Virus record (IMG/VR): IMGVR_UViG_3300008120_000130
Span: 1-37,926 of that record
Reading direction: 5' to 3' (one strand)
From: a virus
Taxonomy: Duplodnaviria; Caudoviricetes
DNA: 37,926 bases
The stretch's first letter is position 1; each line of letters begins with the position of its first letter. This document shows positions 18,001 to 26,013 of this stretch, one piece after another. The notes under the pieces were generated by a model that did not search any database, had not been told where the DNA came from, and saw only the letters and a program-made list of their open reading frames with translations. The position numbers were made by a program, and so were the translations under genes.

Positions 18001-20807
18001 GAAGTGGGATACCCCGTGGGTTTTCAAAACTCACACCAGAAGGCGAGTATGAGCCATTGCGAGCAGGAGACATTCGCGGATTTGCTGAAGCAATGTTGCG
18101 TTCTGGGGTGGAAAAAACTAAACCATTTAAGGGTCGTGCATCAGCCCGCAGCCACGGCAAAAAAATGAGAGACGACCTAATGGCAACTGCTACGCCAATG
18201 GAAATTTCTGCTATGGAAAAGACCATGCCAGAGCGCATGGATGGAAGAATTCTCACAAGTCCTGCACATGTTTCATATTCGGTTGCCGAAAGCGCAAAAA
18301 TACGAAAAGGTTTGGCTTCAGGTAAAACATTTGACAAGCGCATTGAGGAAGATATTGCTCCACTTCTGAGCGTCATGGACAGACACGCGCTTGACGACGA
18401 CTACACGGTGATAATGGATATGGACATACCAGGTCGCGAGGGGTTGGTCACTGGCTCCTCGGTTGAAGTGTCCAACATGTTCAGAGGAATTATTGCTGAT
18501 AAAAAAACCGTGTTAACCCCAACTCGGGAAGAGTCTGGGACGAGAATGGTCCTCATGCTTCCTCGTGGAACTAGCGCAATCCCAGATGAAGATTTTATGC
18601 CTGGAAGAAACAAAGAAAAATCTTATTCAGCGCTACTCATGCCTCCTGGGAAAATTGAAGTCGTTGGTCGTCAAGATGATGGAACCATTGTCGCGCGTCT
18701 AGTTGAGCAGGCAAGTCCAAACGAAGTGCTTTCTAGCATGCGTGGGCCGTTGGAAGAAATTATTGCAAATCCAAACATTTCCGCATCACGCAAGATGGAA
18801 GCGCAAAAGGCTATTAATGCAATTGACGCTGCACGCTCAATCAACCTTCCAGTGGGCAAGCGCGGAGACGACCGAGTTGCGCGAATGTCATCAGTTGGGC
18901 TGTCATCTGCAAAAGACCGAATTGGAGCAAAGTCGCATAAGTACTTTGATGACGCATTGAAGCAGGTTGAAGAAGCAGCATCAACCTGGCAGGGCATGAA
19001 TCCATCAACAAAAAATGCAATCAAGTATGGAACTACAATCGCAATGACCGCTTCGTCTGCATGGCTCGGAAGAAAGAACACAAAAATATCCAACTGGATG
19101 GACGATTTTGACGAGCACGAAATTGACTTTGCAGAAGAACTGCTAAATGTCTGGGATGCTGGCGGACCAACTCTGGCCGCTCACACAATTGCAAGTACAA
19201 AAAACATGATTTACCAGGCACAGGACAGATTTGAGAAATCTGGAATGAAGGGTTCTGATTTCCGCGCAAAAGTTGATGACATGTTTAACGGAATCAAAAA
19301 AGACATTACTGAAAAATTGGCTAATGGAAACCGTCGCTTGGGTGAAATGTCAACCAATCTACGAACCAACTTTATGGAAAACATAAACAGGGCTCTTTCT
19401 TCAATGAAAAAAGAAAAAGTTGACGCTGCTGAAGTGGTTGAAATAGAGAGAGACCTTGGTCGTGGTCTTGCAAGTCGTCGCGGATATTCAGCAAACACAC
19501 CAAGCACAAAACCTCCAACTGGACTGGCTTCGCAAAAACACCCAGGCATCAAGCGACTTGCAAATGTGACTCCATTGAGGGCTCAAAAAGAAGGTGTCGC
19601 AGATGCTGGCGAACTTGACACAACTGAAGTTTCTTCATTGTTGAAAGATGAAATACTTACTGACATATTTGATATGGCTGATGAAGTTCCTGATAGAGGG
19701 CTTGCTAAGTGGATGAAGTTGAGGAAAGAAGCACTAAAAAAACCAAGCGAAAAAATTGTTTATACAGACAAAGATGTATTAGCGCGGGCAGCCAAGAGCG
19801 TCGTATCAGCACATATTGGCGATGCCTTGTCTGAACAATTCACCATTGAAGAACTTGTAGAGGCGGGAAAATTTCAAGCACAAGATGTTATCCCATATGG
19901 CATTGATGGAAATATTTTCCAAACTATTTCCGACATTGCTGATTCATACAAGAATGGGAATGGTGAGCCAGTAACTTTTTGGTATGTTCCAGAAACTGGA
20001 ACACTTGAGAAAGAGCGGTTCCGCGGAACAGACGGCGAGTACGAACCATACACTTCTGACTACATTGAATTTTCTTACCCAAGCGATGAAGGCAATAAAG
20101 CACTGTATGACTTTGCGGCATCAACATTGGTAAAACAGTGGCAAATAACATCAAATGATTCAAATGTCACAAGTCTAAGAGTCCAAGATGTTGCGCGCGA
20201 AATTTTTGAATTAAATGATTCGCTTGGTTGGCGCTCCGACATTCGTGACCGTGGCGCAGCCATGGTGTTGAGTCCAGAGGAGCATGTTTCGCTTCCAATA
20301 TCAGATGCACAAAAGAAATTGCTTACAGTTTTCATTAACGCTCAGTATGCTCAAACCCAAGAGTATTTAAACAAAAAGGGAATTAAAAAATTGACAGTTT
20401 ATAGAGGTTTTACTGATGATGCGCTTGAATACTCACTAAGCAATAATGGAAACTTCCCCGAAGATGGTATAACTGACGCAGAACTTGAACTTAGGCCACT
20501 GTCATCGTTCAGTGTTGACCCACGCATCGCATGGGCTTTTGGGCAACTGGTAATTGAATCTGAAATTGACGCCAAAGATGTAATTGCACTTCCGTTGACG
20601 GGAAGTGGATGCTTGAATGAATCGGAGGTTATTGTTTTAGGTAGAAGCGGACTAACTGGAACAATTAGAGCAAAAAATGATTTTGGTAAAAGACTGTCTA
20701 AGATTGAAGCAGAAAAGACAAGCGCCTTACAGGCGGCTGAACTTGACAAATTTGCTCAAGATTTGATTGACATTCCACCACCACCAGATTGGACTGGTGA
20801 TTTCTAA
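15072..20807 (+). CDS. Giant modular protein: CPxG tag, HExxH metallopeptidase-like region, C-terminal R-S-E ADP-ribosyltransferase-like domain
   Basis: ATG 15072 follows GGAG (the ORF track starts at 15060). HELTH at 17142; VYRG...LSSFS...ESEV at 20391-20640; five GLxS motifs. Confidence 0.75.
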   Translation: MTGKSLRLTRMLVSKKFAPPKSADERALEFLASKKEIVSKSFDAELSVKALGKNTGKKPPSADNKEKRKKGKGPNKRFGLAVFDPNAKKKTGQIFIPWIAQWGRTGSDEYPNFGWIDPIKELKPNQTNARMFQASEKKKNGVSVTYSDVVRNPRTGEFDTKSLGRTIGQLVPGGEIATRAASALGLWQDAAGKLRCPPGVPAANQFTDSSGSNCFDITEGMASRLLRSAINQGMSLLDDMSLLNEAISRPTVRDGRGMIERERELESLREMLSGSSVVRGLASAKPRREFTNGERTVWLPADDMDLITEAAIDGFKPTGRVDTPAPTRPIIKVDAVPEEPKSADDLIGPDSLPISRIDAKSFAEEVRARVLDAHPDITPEELNRIVMLAEQKARMTDAMNGRIDVALQLMKDLGIDVDPSSPQSVSAGFMRAMDELSKSGWDINFENTLWTDVDRTLSREEQVAQHHANVLNMIVQNMVKDPEGTLEARDASVVKRLWAGLSKKKKEEAVRNATMAYLNGDAPETLKTDLEKALHRNMAHRMNNYLAAEHGFMLGMLAEHKMNPGKAELLKRVGVMDPMDPRNEGIEAMVIPDADGQISMLWNPLGMILADNPPAPKNPKAWRLYGTSGSGLEVSKIAEVKKTVDSATKMAMLNDMLGGDVFDAIKTHGYMGDIAKKHGGSIGHAMFVFQHELTHAQQYAMVMYMISHDKKGRRITTLSNVELAKLADDIITGNFPGLTMEMLFADEKAMAAVHGKVGVVMDSMVREGMSGIYPRMHLETMHILNKIMGLKDDERPGFISDLEDRFATLRERAGFDKDLTPDEQMELKILNHAIGTIRGIDEFDDEQLQNSVRTQRALMFAESAAELNAARAMGIIDPTDEKVTAALAHLDAPMDKVAKEVVAVKESKKRKWLERLVSAVELYDELKNTEFSLEQASSGDEPLTINLVRRKRWREGDKIFVSEDVAPGVLTVSLEERSGIPRGFSKLTPEGEYEPLRAGDIRGFAEAMLRSGVEKTKPFKGRASARSHGKKMRDDLMATATPMEISAMEKTMPERMDGRILTSPAHVSYSVAESAKIRKGLASGKTFDKRIEEDIAPLLSVMDRHALDDDYTVIMDMDIPGREGLVTGSSVEVSNMFRGIIADKKTVLTPTREESGTRMVLMLPRGTSAIPDEDFMPGRNKEKSYSALLMPPGKIEVVGRQDDGTIVARLVEQASPNEVLSSMRGPLEEIIANPNISASRKMEAQKAINAIDAARSINLPVGKRGDDRVARMSSVGLSSAKDRIGAKSHKYFDDALKQVEEAASTWQGMNPSTKNAIKYGTTIAMTASSAWLGRKNTKISNWMDDFDEHEIDFAEELLNVWDAGGPTLAAHTIASTKNMIYQAQDRFEKSGMKGSDFRAKVDDMFNGIKKDITEKLANGNRRLGEMSTNLRTNFMENINRALSSMKKEKVDAAEVVEIERDLGRGLASRRGYSANTPSTKPPTGLASQKHPGIKRLANVTPLRAQKEGVADAGELDTTEVSSLLKDEILTDIFDMADEVPDRGLAKWMKLRKEALKKPSEKIVYTDKDVLARAAKSVVSAHIGDALSEQFTIEELVEAGKFQAQDVIPYGIDGNIFQTISDIADSYKNGNGEPVTFWYVPETGTLEKERFRGTDGEYEPYTSDYIEFSYPSDEGNKALYDFAASTLVKQWQITSNDSNVTSLRVQDVAREIFELNDSLGWRSDIRDRGAAMVLSPEEHVSLPISDAQKKLLTVFINAQYAQTQEYLNKKGIKKLTVYRGFTDDALEYSLSNNGNFPEDGITDAELELRPLSSFSVDPRIAWAFGQLVIESEIDAKDVIALPLTGSGCLNESEVIVLGRSGLTGTIRAKNDFGKRLSKIEAEKTSALQAAELDKFAQDLIDIPPPPDWTGDF

Positions 20808-21100
20808 TGAAAATAAGAATTGACAACGGACAAGATAATTCAGACTGGATTAAGGTCAATGCTTTTGATTTCCCTGGAATTAAAACGCTTAAACAATTTT
20901 ACAAGCATTTCAATATTCCAGAAAAAGAACCAGAAAAATCCAAGGCAATGCGATACCTAGCAACCATGAGTTGGGTGAATATTGCACCAGATGAGATTCG
21001 TCAAGAGTTGATGAAATACGCACCAGGCACGCCAGAGCCGTGGGAAAGCGTGTCAAACTATAGGTTGAGCCGTCGCCTAAAAGAGCAGGATAAGAAGTGA
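20807..21100 (+). CDS. Small hypothetical protein, candidate partner/immunity for the upstream ART domain
   Basis: 97 aa, TAATG overlap upstream and GTGA overlap downstream; function inferred from position only. Confidence 0.65.
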   Translation: MKIRIDNGQDNSDWIKVNAFDFPGIKTLKQFYKHFNIPEKEPEKSKAMRYLATMSWVNIAPDEIRQELMKYAPGTPEPWESVSNYRLSRRLKEQDKK

Positions 21101-24100
21101 AATCCGTACTTGTTGGAAAACTTGACAACAAAAAGTTGTACTACATCATTGACGCTGATGAAACACGCAGCGATGGTGTTCTTGTTGACGACCTCGGTAA
21201 AAAAGAATTGATTAACTTCTGGCAGTTTGTGCGCAACGAGCCACGAGTGAAGCGAATGATGAATAGCGATTTCCACAAATTCTTGTGGCAGGACTCGCAA
21301 AATCAAAGAGAAAAAGCGCTTTGGAACAATGTCTTTATTGCCAAAGCCTTCATGCCAGATGACGAATTACTGCAAACCGTGCCCATCAAAGATGACATTC
21401 TTGGTCGTAAATCAGTGCTACACGGGCTGATGAATAGGGCTCTTGACTTTGATATAACAAGGCGCTCAAACACCGTTGAAGAGAAAGCGGTGCGGGGAAG
21501 ACTCGGTTCAGCGATTGGTCGTGCTTTTAAGCCAAAACGCAGCACGGGGAAAAAGTTCGTCCGTCGCTCAATGGAAGAGATTGAGGGTGTTCTAGACCCT
21601 CGCAAGCGTCGCGACTCCGATGGCGACGGAATGATTTTTGACGGCACATCACGAGAGATGCCAGACCCAGCAAGAGCAGCCAGCACGGCGTCAACAGGGG
21701 TTGCGAATGTCTTTGCGAGTGCCACCATGGATTCTCAATTGCCAGATGTTGACGCACCATTGATTAGTGTTGACGCAAGGAAAAAAAGAGTTGTATCGCA
21801 AATGCGTGGAATTTCTGCTGGTACTGGGGTGCCAGCAACTCTAAAAGATATAAGTGATTTTATGCGTGAGAAATTTGCTTCTGCATTCGGCTTTAAGAAA
21901 ATAAAAGAAAAACTAAACGACCATGAGGCAGAGGCATTTGCACATTGGAACAACGGAATCGTTCCGAAAACCGTTGGTGAAGCGCACGAAATTCTTGCCA
22001 AGATTCACCCGACATACATAATGAACAGGCCAGCAAGGCATGACGCATTAAGAAAACATGTTGCATTTGATTTTTTAATGGATAAAGATGCAACAGAAGA
22101 ATTAGAGTCTTGGGAAATATCTCTTCTTGCTGCACATTTACTGTTCTTGAAAGAGGGAGAGAATCTTCCAAATTCCCCTATTGGGCATAATTTTTATTAC
22201 ATGGACCTTGATAGGGCTAAAAAAGTATCGGAAAAAGTTGCAAACGATTTGATGTCATACTTCAAGGGTGAATCTTCGCTAAAACCGCTTCCGATGGGGT
22301 ACTCGGATTTAAAAATAGAGTTGAATAAAAGAGTATACAGATTGTCTGACCCTCAAGACCTTGCGGCCGTAAAGCAAATTGCTGAAAGCATGACAATTAT
22401 AGCGACATTACAGGGTCAACCAGATGGTTATTACAATATACTTGGTCGCGATATTTTGAAAGCAACTCAGGGTCATATTGAATATCACGATGGAGTTAGC
22501 GGGTATTGGGGATTTCGTACTGGTGCAAAAATAAACCGTTCTGGAGGTGCAGAAAAACTTTATACCCCAGGACACATTGTCGCGTATCAGAGCAAAGACA
22601 GAGATTTAAGTAGCATCGGTCTTCCGCGAGAAGAGGCCCGTAATCAAAATATTTCAATACTTGATTTGCTTCGCAAGCAACAGCAGAGCGGAGACAGAAT
22701 TGCGATTACTGCGTGGCTTTCTGATGACGACGAAATAACCAACAAAAAACTAGCAGCAAAAAAAGAACAACTTTCACAAGCGCTTAAAGATTTAGAAAAA
22801 AAATTTAAAGATAAAGAACGACAATTTCAAATTTCCAGTAATTCTGGCGCCCTTTCTCCAGAGCAAAATATCAACATGCAAAAAGACATTATTAAAATGC
22901 GCCAAGAAATTGAAAAAATTATATCAGAAATAGAAGAAATTGAAAAAAATATTGATGTTGACACACCAGAGCGCAGAAAAGAAAAAGCAAAGGCGCTTTC
23001 AGAAATTCTCACACTAAACACCGCCCATCACGAGCATGGCCATGGGCATGAATCCCTGGCAATATACAACGATGTTGAAAAATCCGTACTAGCGAGAAGA
23101 GACGAACGGATTCTTGAACTAAAGGCAAAGGGCAGTGGAATCTCTGGCGATGAAAGGCAAGAGTTGAATACCCTGTCATCGGCAACAGACCATCGCGAAT
23201 TATGGAATTGGTATCTTTTTGACCAAATAGAAAATGGTCCAGAAGAAATTTTTAATGAAACATTTAATGCTGCATTGCAGGAAATTTCTGCATTCGGTTT
23301 CGCGGAAAGATACGAAACCCTTTTTGTGATTAACCCAGAAGAACAGGGCATTATTGATGGATTTCAAGGTGCCGTTCGCACCCGACTATTGTTGACCAAA
23401 AGAGATTTGACTGGCTCCCTTACTCTAACTAGGCAAAATATTCTTTTGCTGCAAAGACGAAGCGATTCCCAATCAATTCAAATGCTTAGTGACATGAAGG
23501 ACACAGAAAAACAACTTGTAGAAGATATTAAAAATATTGATATCGTTCTGAGCGATTTTGACAAAGCAACAGATGCATTAAAGTCACAGCCTTTAGTTGA
23601 CCCAAAAACTCGCTCAACGGTAAAAGTATCGGAAGAACAAAAAAACAAATTCAACAAAGTCCTTGAGGAATATGCGCAAATCCTTGAAGACATGCCTGAC
23701 AGGGCAATTGATATCAGGCCAGGAACCGAGAGGGGAAAGAAACTCGCCGCCATAGTCAGGAGGGCAAAAGTAGAAAACGATGAACTCACTGTTGGTGATG
23801 TCGTTGAAATAATTAGTGCTGGCCGTGTTCTGGTGACGACAAATATTGGAAGCGGTGCAAGATTCATAACAATTGGACAAAATAGAGACTTGGCCCCACA
23901 AACTCCAGGAGGCTTTAGTTATTACAATTCGGTCATAGATGGACTTACGCAAAACATGGGGCAATTAGCAGTAATTAAAGATTTAATGGACAATGGTATA
24001 TCGGAACTACTCGGCGAAGATAGCGAAGAAAATGCAATGCTAAAAAGAGCGGTGCAGTCAATGGGGATGACGGCGCGAGGAGGGCAGTTGCAGACTGGAG

Positions 24101-24912
24101 CGTTCCAGCCATCGGACCTCGGCTTTGCGCAGGACAGTTTCACTGGAGAATCAGAGTTGGTTGACCCAGACGATTTTGACCCTCATGCAATGATTTCATA
24201 TTTGAACAGTCTTTTGAATTTCAATAATGCTTTCCCAGGCGGTAGAAATCCGAGCACATCTCCGCACGATGGTTCAGTTTTGATGATTGGAAATGGCCAA
24301 TATCTTGAACTTGAAAATTTTGTTGCAGCCCTGTACGGAGATGCTGACATGCTGGAGAAAGCAAGAACCAAATCGTGGGGTGAACTATGGGAATCACTTA
24401 CCCCAGAGCAAAAAATAGTTGTTCGTAAAGCAATTGCGAAAGATTCAAGACGCTACATGGAGGCCAGGCTTGACCAGGTTCCATCGGAGTTTCGTGGACA
24501 TGTACTTTGGGACCGTATTGGTCAGCAATTTAGCCTTGACGACCTGAACCCAGCAGAAAAATCTTTAATGAAGACAATAGTTAGAAAAATGGCTGTTGCT
24601 GGTGGAGAATCATATGTTGAAAGGGGATACCGCACTCCAGTGCCAGTTCCCATTAGCGGGATTGATGTGCTTTCATTTTTGGGGAACTATGGACAAAGAG
24701 AACTTGCCTCAGAACTCAACTCGGCTCTTAAATCTGGGATGAATATACTTGGTGGTCAATCGCTTACGCCAGAAGAAAAATCAGCGCTAACGAAATATGC
24801 CACATGGCTTCTTCATGGTTCACGAACCGATTTGGAACAATCAGTAAAATCAGAAAATTATATTTTTATTGACAATAAAAGAACGGTGGTCGGAACACGA
24901 TGGACAAAGTAA
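21097..24912 (+). CDS. Large protein with DGDG tag and HExxH metallopeptidase-like motif
   Basis: Tag at 21595; HEHGH at 23029; RELASELNSA near the C-terminus parallels AESAAELNAA of ORF 15072. Confidence 0.7.
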   Translation: MKSVLVGKLDNKKLYYIIDADETRSDGVLVDDLGKKELINFWQFVRNEPRVKRMMNSDFHKFLWQDSQNQREKALWNNVFIAKAFMPDDELLQTVPIKDDILGRKSVLHGLMNRALDFDITRRSNTVEEKAVRGRLGSAIGRAFKPKRSTGKKFVRRSMEEIEGVLDPRKRRDSDGDGMIFDGTSREMPDPARAASTASTGVANVFASATMDSQLPDVDAPLISVDARKKRVVSQMRGISAGTGVPATLKDISDFMREKFASAFGFKKIKEKLNDHEAEAFAHWNNGIVPKTVGEAHEILAKIHPTYIMNRPARHDALRKHVAFDFLMDKDATEELESWEISLLAAHLLFLKEGENLPNSPIGHNFYYMDLDRAKKVSEKVANDLMSYFKGESSLKPLPMGYSDLKIELNKRVYRLSDPQDLAAVKQIAESMTIIATLQGQPDGYYNILGRDILKATQGHIEYHDGVSGYWGFRTGAKINRSGGAEKLYTPGHIVAYQSKDRDLSSIGLPREEARNQNISILDLLRKQQQSGDRIAITAWLSDDDEITNKKLAAKKEQLSQALKDLEKKFKDKERQFQISSNSGALSPEQNINMQKDIIKMRQEIEKIISEIEEIEKNIDVDTPERRKEKAKALSEILTLNTAHHEHGHGHESLAIYNDVEKSVLARRDERILELKAKGSGISGDERQELNTLSSATDHRELWNWYLFDQIENGPEEIFNETFNAALQEISAFGFAERYETLFVINPEEQGIIDGFQGAVRTRLLLTKRDLTGSLTLTRQNILLLQRRSDSQSIQMLSDMKDTEKQLVEDIKNIDIVLSDFDKATDALKSQPLVDPKTRSTVKVSEEQKNKFNKVLEEYAQILEDMPDRAIDIRPGTERGKKLAAIVRRAKVENDELTVGDVVEIISAGRVLVTTNIGSGARFITIGQNRDLAPQTPGGFSYYNSVIDGLTQNMGQLAVIKDLMDNGISELLGEDSEENAMLKRAVQSMGMTARGGQLQTGAFQPSDLGFAQDSFTGESELVDPDDFDPHAMISYLNSLLNFNNAFPGGRNPSTSPHDGSVLMIGNGQYLELENFVAALYGDADMLEKARTKSWGELWESLTPEQKIVVRKAIAKDSRRYMEARLDQVPSEFRGHVLWDRIGQQFSLDDLNPAEKSLMKTIVRKMAVAGGESYVERGYRTPVPVPISGIDVLSFLGNYGQRELASELNSALKSGMNILGGQSLTPEEKSALTKYATWLLHGSRTDLEQSVKSENYIFIDNKRTVVGTRWTK
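21595..21669 (+). repeat. DGDG tag copy 2 (DPRKRRDSDGDGMIFDGTSREMPDP)
   Basis: Dispersed in-frame peptide repeat. Confidence 0.95.
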
Positions 24913-25385
24913 ATACCGACAAGATAAAAGGTTATGACGACCTACCAGTATGGCAACAAAAATGGATAAGGATTTTTGGCGCTCCATGGCCAGCAACAAA
25001 CAAAGAGAAAGATGGAATGTCAATATTTATTGGCAATCTACGCAAATTTGTTGATGGTTCAGATATCTATGAAAGCAGGAGGAGGAAGATGCAGGCGGGG
25101 GTTGAAACATCCATTCTGCAAAGCGCTCCTAAATCAATAGGTAGAGATGAGGCATTTGCAAAACTGGTATTCTTGGATGAAAGAGACATTGAGGTTTATG
25201 AAATGTGGAATGATGGAAGCATCATTCCAACCAAAGATTTCATGGACTGGATTAGACCAGGTCTTGAGAAGTATGTAAAAGAAGGACCGAAGAAGCCACA
25301 GCAGGCCCCAACAATGGAGCAATTGCGCAAACAGGTTTTAGCCAGAAAAAAAATACGAGAGAAGCAAAAAAACAATGAGCAATGA
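24900..25385 (+). CDS. Hypothetical protein (candidate partner/immunity)
   Basis: 161 aa, overlaps both neighbours. Confidence 0.65.
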   Translation: MDKVNTDKIKGYDDLPVWQQKWIRIFGAPWPATNKEKDGMSIFIGNLRKFVDGSDIYESRRRKMQAGVETSILQSAPKSIGRDEAFAKLVFLDERDIEVYEMWNDGSIIPTKDFMDWIRPGLEKYVKEGPKKPQQAPTMEQLRKQVLARKKIREKQKNNEQ

Positions 25386-25998
25386 GCAGCAAAAGGCAGA
25401 CCCACTCGGCGGGATAATCCCTCAAGAGCGTGTTACTGGTGACATTCTCAAAGGACGCGGCCCTCGTCGCGGAAACCTTGAAAGGCTCTTGCGTTATTGG
25501 CGTCCAATCATGAAAAAGCCTGGCGGCTTCCGCCGTTGTCGCGTAATACTCGCAGACCATCCAGAACTTTATCCGCTTGAGAACATTTGCGCATGGCTGC
25601 ACCATGAAACAACTGGTCTCTGGCCCAACGAAGGATGCCATCACCCAGACATGAAAAACTGTAAGGGCAAACTAAAGAAGAACAACTGGACAGACGCAGA
25701 CTTTGTCCGTCGTCTTTCAAAGCCAATCAATGCTCCAGGAAAACTTGGAGGCAAAAGCGCATATGAAGACGATGTTTTCTTTGCACCTAGCGAGTGGCGC
25801 GAATACGAGAGCAAGTCAAATCCAGTAGTGACTCAGGAAGACCTTTCACATGCCATGAAGGTGCTTGCCGACTTTGTTGAGATGGAACCAGATTTCTCCG
25901 ACTATCTTCGTGATAACGACAACTGGGAAACCGAAGGCGAGTCACTGGATGGGAAGATGATGACCGCCCCATACACGCCAACAAAGTGCTGCGACTAG
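25375..25998 (+). CDS. Phage head-module protein with Cys/His motif
   Basis: L.RYW...PGGFRRC...CAWLH..TTGLWP...CHHP...C. Confidence 0.7.
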   Translation: MSNEQQKADPLGGIIPQERVTGDILKGRGPRRGNLERLLRYWRPIMKKPGGFRRCRVILADHPELYPLENICAWLHHETTGLWPNEGCHHPDMKNCKGKLKKNNWTDADFVRRLSKPINAPGKLGGKSAYEDDVFFAPSEWREYESKSNPVVTQEDLSHAMKVLADFVEMEPDFSDYLRDNDNWETEGESLDGKMMTAPYTPTKCCD

Positions 25999-26013
25999 AT
26001 ACGGAATATTTAA

